DNA of 64,000 nucleotides from an uncultured Nitrososphaerales archaeon. Lineage in GTDB: Archaea > Thermoproteota > Nitrososphaeria > Conexivisphaerales > DTJL01. The notes beneath the pieces were generated by a model. That model was not told the DNA's origin and did not search any database. It saw only the letters and a program-made list of their open reading frames with translations. The position numbers and the translations under genes are program-made. Position 1 is the first letter of the stretch; the number at the start of each line of letters is the position of its first letter. The stretch lies in NCBI GenBank assembly GCA_964475215.1, contig CAYYVT010000187.1, positions 72,334-136,333 on the forward strand, read 5' to 3'. Shown here piece after piece: positions 61,600-64,000 of this stretch.

Positions 61600-64000
61600 T
61601 TAGGCGCTGACGCAAAGGCTCCAGCCGCATCCAGGGCAGGAGGCGCAGCCCTCCTTGAACTCCAGCTTGGTGTTACACAGGGGGCAGCTCGTAAGGTCGC
61701 CTAGCTTGCCCTCTTGGTTCAATCTTGGACCGAAGATCTGAATGGGGGAGACCGCGGAGGCATGGACGGCCTGGGGGACCATGGTGTTCTTCTGGGCGGG
61801 CTGCACGGATGCTTTCTCGTCCTTGCCGCTTGGTGGCGAGCGCAGGACCTGGCTGGTGATGGACTTGTCCCTGTAAACGGTGACGTCCTTGCACCCTAGC
61901 TCATATGAGAGCATGTAGACCCTCTTCACATCCTCCACAGTCGCATCGGCAGGGAGGTTTGTGGTCTTGGAAATGCTCGAATCCACCCACTTTTGGAAGG
62001 CAGCTATGGCCTTGACATGGTCTTCCGGCATGATGTCCATCGCCGTAACGAAGACGCGCTTGGCCACTTCGGGAATGTAGGATACGCCCTGCACGCTGCC
62101 ATGGTTTTCGACGATTTGCTTCAGGAGGTCGTCGTCATAGAGGCCCTCCTTTTTCATAGCCCTTTCGAAGGCCGTGTCCACATAGTAGAAGTTCCCTATT
62201 GACACGTTCTTCTCGTACACCAAAGCGAAGACAGGCTCGATGCCGCTGCTGCAGCCGGCGATCATGGAGATGCTCCCGGTGGGGGCTATCACCGTGGTGT
62301 ACCCGTTCCTCACTCCATCTTTCATGATCTCCTCTGATAGCCCCTTCCAGTCGAAATGCCATGACGTCTGGTCCTCAAAGCCGCCGAAGGGGAGCTTCCC
62401 CTCCCTGTAGCTGCTCTCCCCGAACGAAGGAAGGACTCCTCGCTCCTTGGCCAGCTTGATTGAGGCTTTCTTGGAATGATAGTTCACGAACTCCATCAGC
62501 CTCTCCATGAACTTCAGTCCCTCTTCGCTGTTATAGGATATGCCCAATTCGAAGAACAGGTCGGCTACCCCCATGACCCCCAACCCTATCTTCCTCGTCT
62601 TCAGAGTCATCTCCTCAATGGATGGCAGCGGATATCGGTTGATGTCGATAACGTTGTCGAGGAACTTCGTAGTCATTTCGATGGTCGAACGTAGGCCTTC
62701 CCAGTCTAGGACGACGTTGCCATCATCATCCTCCTTTGCGAAGGCTGCCACATTGATGGAACCGAGGTTGCAGGATTCATTCGGGTAGAGCAGCACTTCG
62801 CCGCAGGGATTAGTGGTCACGATGGGCCCCAGCGACTTTACGAATGGATTGAACTCGTTCACCTTGTCTTCGAAGATCACGCCGGGCTCTGCACTTTCCC
62901 ATGCTTGGAAGGCGATCATCTCGAGGAGCTGTTTGGCGTTGACAAAGCGTGTCACCTCATGGGTACGGGGATTCACCAAGGGGTACGGCTCGTTCTTGTT
63001 GTAGTAATCCCAGAAGTCGCTCAGGATGAGAACCGAGATGTTGAAGTTTCTCAGGGCCCTGTTCCCCTCCTTGGCCTTGATGAAGTTCTCGATGTCGGGG
63101 TGGTTGCTGTTGAGGATCCCCATGTTAGCCCCTCTCCTAATCCCTCCTTGTTTGATCACCTCTGTCATGGTGTCGAAGAGGCGCATGAAGCTGACAGGGC
63201 CCGAAGCGATTCCAGAAGTGCTCTTGACGAAGTCGCCCTCAGGCCTCAACTTGGAGAAGTTGTAGCCGACCCCTCCACCGGCCTTGAATATTATCGCGGC
63301 GCTTCTCAAGGTCTCCATGATGTCGTCAATCGAATCGGCGATGTCCAGGACGAAGCAGGCCGAACCCATCCCCAACACGTTGCCGAAATTGGCCAGGGCG
63401 GGGGTGTTCGGCATGAAGTGCTTGCTGACCATGAGGTCCACATAGTCGTCCACCTCTCTATCATAAGATGAAAAGTCGCCCTTCCTGAACATCTCGACGA
63501 GCTCGAGCCACGAGACTTTGCAGCTCCCGTTGACGTTGAACCTCTTGTACACTCGCATAAGGGCTTCGAGGTGGAATTCGTTCAGCGCATACTTACCGAG
63601 AGACAGGTCTGCATAGTCCTTCAGGTTGACGTTATCGGGGACGTCCCTCCTCGGCTGACCGCCGGCGACATCAAAGACCCTCTGGTCGTAGAGTATGCTG
63701 GCCAAGGCGGTGTGGAGGGACACCCTGACGAACAGGTCCTTGGGAGACTCTAACACATGTCCATTCTCGTCCTTACGCAGGTAGCGCGCCCTGAGGACCT
63801 TGAGCGCGTTACTGTCAAAGCTTTTGTCGACGCTGTCGATGTCCTGTTTTTCAAGGATCTTCATCTTCTCCTCTCGAATTTCGGCCCTCCTTTGGCGGTA
63901 AAGGATGTACGCCTTCGCCGTCTTGGCGTAGCCTGCCTCGATCAGCGCATGCTCGACAGCGTCTTGGACATCTTCGACCGTGGGAACCGTTCCTTCGCCG
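61600..64000 (-). CDS. nrdJ: Adenosylcobalamin-dependent (class II) ribonucleotide reductase NrdJ with an N-terminal ATP-cone; 5' end lies outside the window
   Basis: NALKVLRARYL, the thiyl-Cys region TNPCGEVLLYPNESCNLGSIN, and a C-terminal zinc ribbon CPLCN...CASCPGCG are present. The frame stays open upstream of the track start (63864) to the window edge and encodes ...VEDVQDAVEHALIEAGYAKTAKAYILYRQRRAEIREEK, the end of an ATP-cone. The gene is therefore partial here. Confidence 0.92.
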   Translation of the reverse strand, partial: GEGTVPTVEDVQDAVEHALIEAGYAKTAKAYILYRQRRAEIREEKMKILEKQDIDSVDKSFDSNALKVLRARYLRKDENGHVLESPKDLFVRVSLHTALASILYDQRVFDVAGGQPRRDVPDNVNLKDYADLSLGKYALNEFHLEALMRVYKRFNVNGSCKVSWLELVEMFRKGDFSSYDREVDDYVDLMVSKHFMPNTPALANFGNVLGMGSACFVLDIADSIDDIMETLRSAAIIFKAGGGVGYNFSKLRPEGDFVKSTSGIASGPVSFMRLFDTMTEVIKQGGIRRGANMGILNSNHPDIENFIKAKEGNRALRNFNISVLILSDFWDYYNKNEPYPLVNPRTHEVTRFVNAKQLLEMIAFQAWESAEPGVIFEDKVNEFNPFVKSLGPIVTTNPCGEVLLYPNESCNLGSINVAAFAKEDDDGNVVLDWEGLRSTIEMTTKFLDNVIDINRYPLPSIEEMTLKTRKIGLGVMGVADLFFELGISYNSEEGLKFMERLMEFVNYHSKKASIKLAKERGVLPSFGESSYREGKLPFGGFEDQTSWHFDWKGLSEEIMKDGVRNGYTTVIAPTGSISMIAGCSSGIEPVFALVYEKNVSIGNFYYVDTAFERAMKKEGLYDDDLLKQIVENHGSVQGVSYIPEVAKRVFVTAMDIMPEDHVKAIAAFQKWVDSSISKTTNLPADATVEDVKRVYMLSYELGCKDVTVYRDKSITSQVLRSPPSGKDEKASVQPAQKNTMVPQAVHASAVSPIQIFGPRLNQEGKLGDLTSCPLCNTKLEFKEGCASCPGCGWSLCVSA

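Noticed and set aside
1-64000. A search for CRISPR arrays, transposases/IS elements, integrases next to the two tRNA genes, prophage genes, and toxin-antitoxin pairs
   Set aside because: By eye I found no regularly spaced repeats of 24 nt or longer, no DDE or tyrosine/serine recombinase motifs, and no direct repeats of the tRNA 3' ends. The window looks like core chromosome.

Overview
The window is a gene-dense archaeal chromosomal segment of about 57% GC with roughly 65 genes. Archaeal markers include tiaS, lysW, ribosomal stalk protein P1, tsr3, an RNase P RNA of archaeal type A, a tRNA intron with a bulge-helix-bulge (BHB) motif, and a PGF-CTERM sorting signal. Together these suggest a euryarchaeote; a Thermoplasmata-like lineage is only a guess.

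Most of the content is housekeeping:
- grpE-dnaK.
- A six-gene diaminopimelate (DAP) lysine operon, dapA-dapB-ask-lysA-dapL-asd.
- An argH / argG-lysW-lysX-lysY-lysZ-lysJ-lysK carrier-protein cluster, split by a divergently transcribed HTH+ACT protein.
- iorAB, a Cox/Xdh-type molybdoenzyme set, two peroxiredoxins, ADP-forming acetyl-CoA synthetase, a Y-family polymerase, and two ABC systems.
- Three RNA genes absent from the ORF track: RNase P RNA, an intron-containing tRNA(CAU), and tRNA-Pro(CGG).

I saw no CRISPR array, transposase, integrase or prophage genes.

The best candidate for something undescribed is the 678-aa protein at 59562-61598. It fuses an ArsR-type winged helix-turn-helix (wHTH) and an ATP-cone to a class III ribonucleotide reductase (NrdD-like) body. 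That body has lost every catalytic cysteine and ends before the glycyl-radical loop. It sits tail-to-tail, 1 nt from the class II RNR gene nrdJ, which fits a nucleotide-sensing RNR regulator analogous to NrdR.

Other items worth a second look:
- Two genes (dinB-like and an ABC ATPase) whose conserved N-termini lie upstream of any ATG/GTG/TTG, each with an ATA codon where the initiator Met is expected.
- An operon pairing an adenylate-kinase-like/deoxyribosyltransferase-like fusion with a degenerate Nudix gene.
- A ligand-less cupredoxin with a PGF-CTERM signal.
- An orphan SPPY methyltransferase.
- A 12-mer shared by two divergent promoter regions.

All homology statements come from motif recognition by eye, not from database searches.
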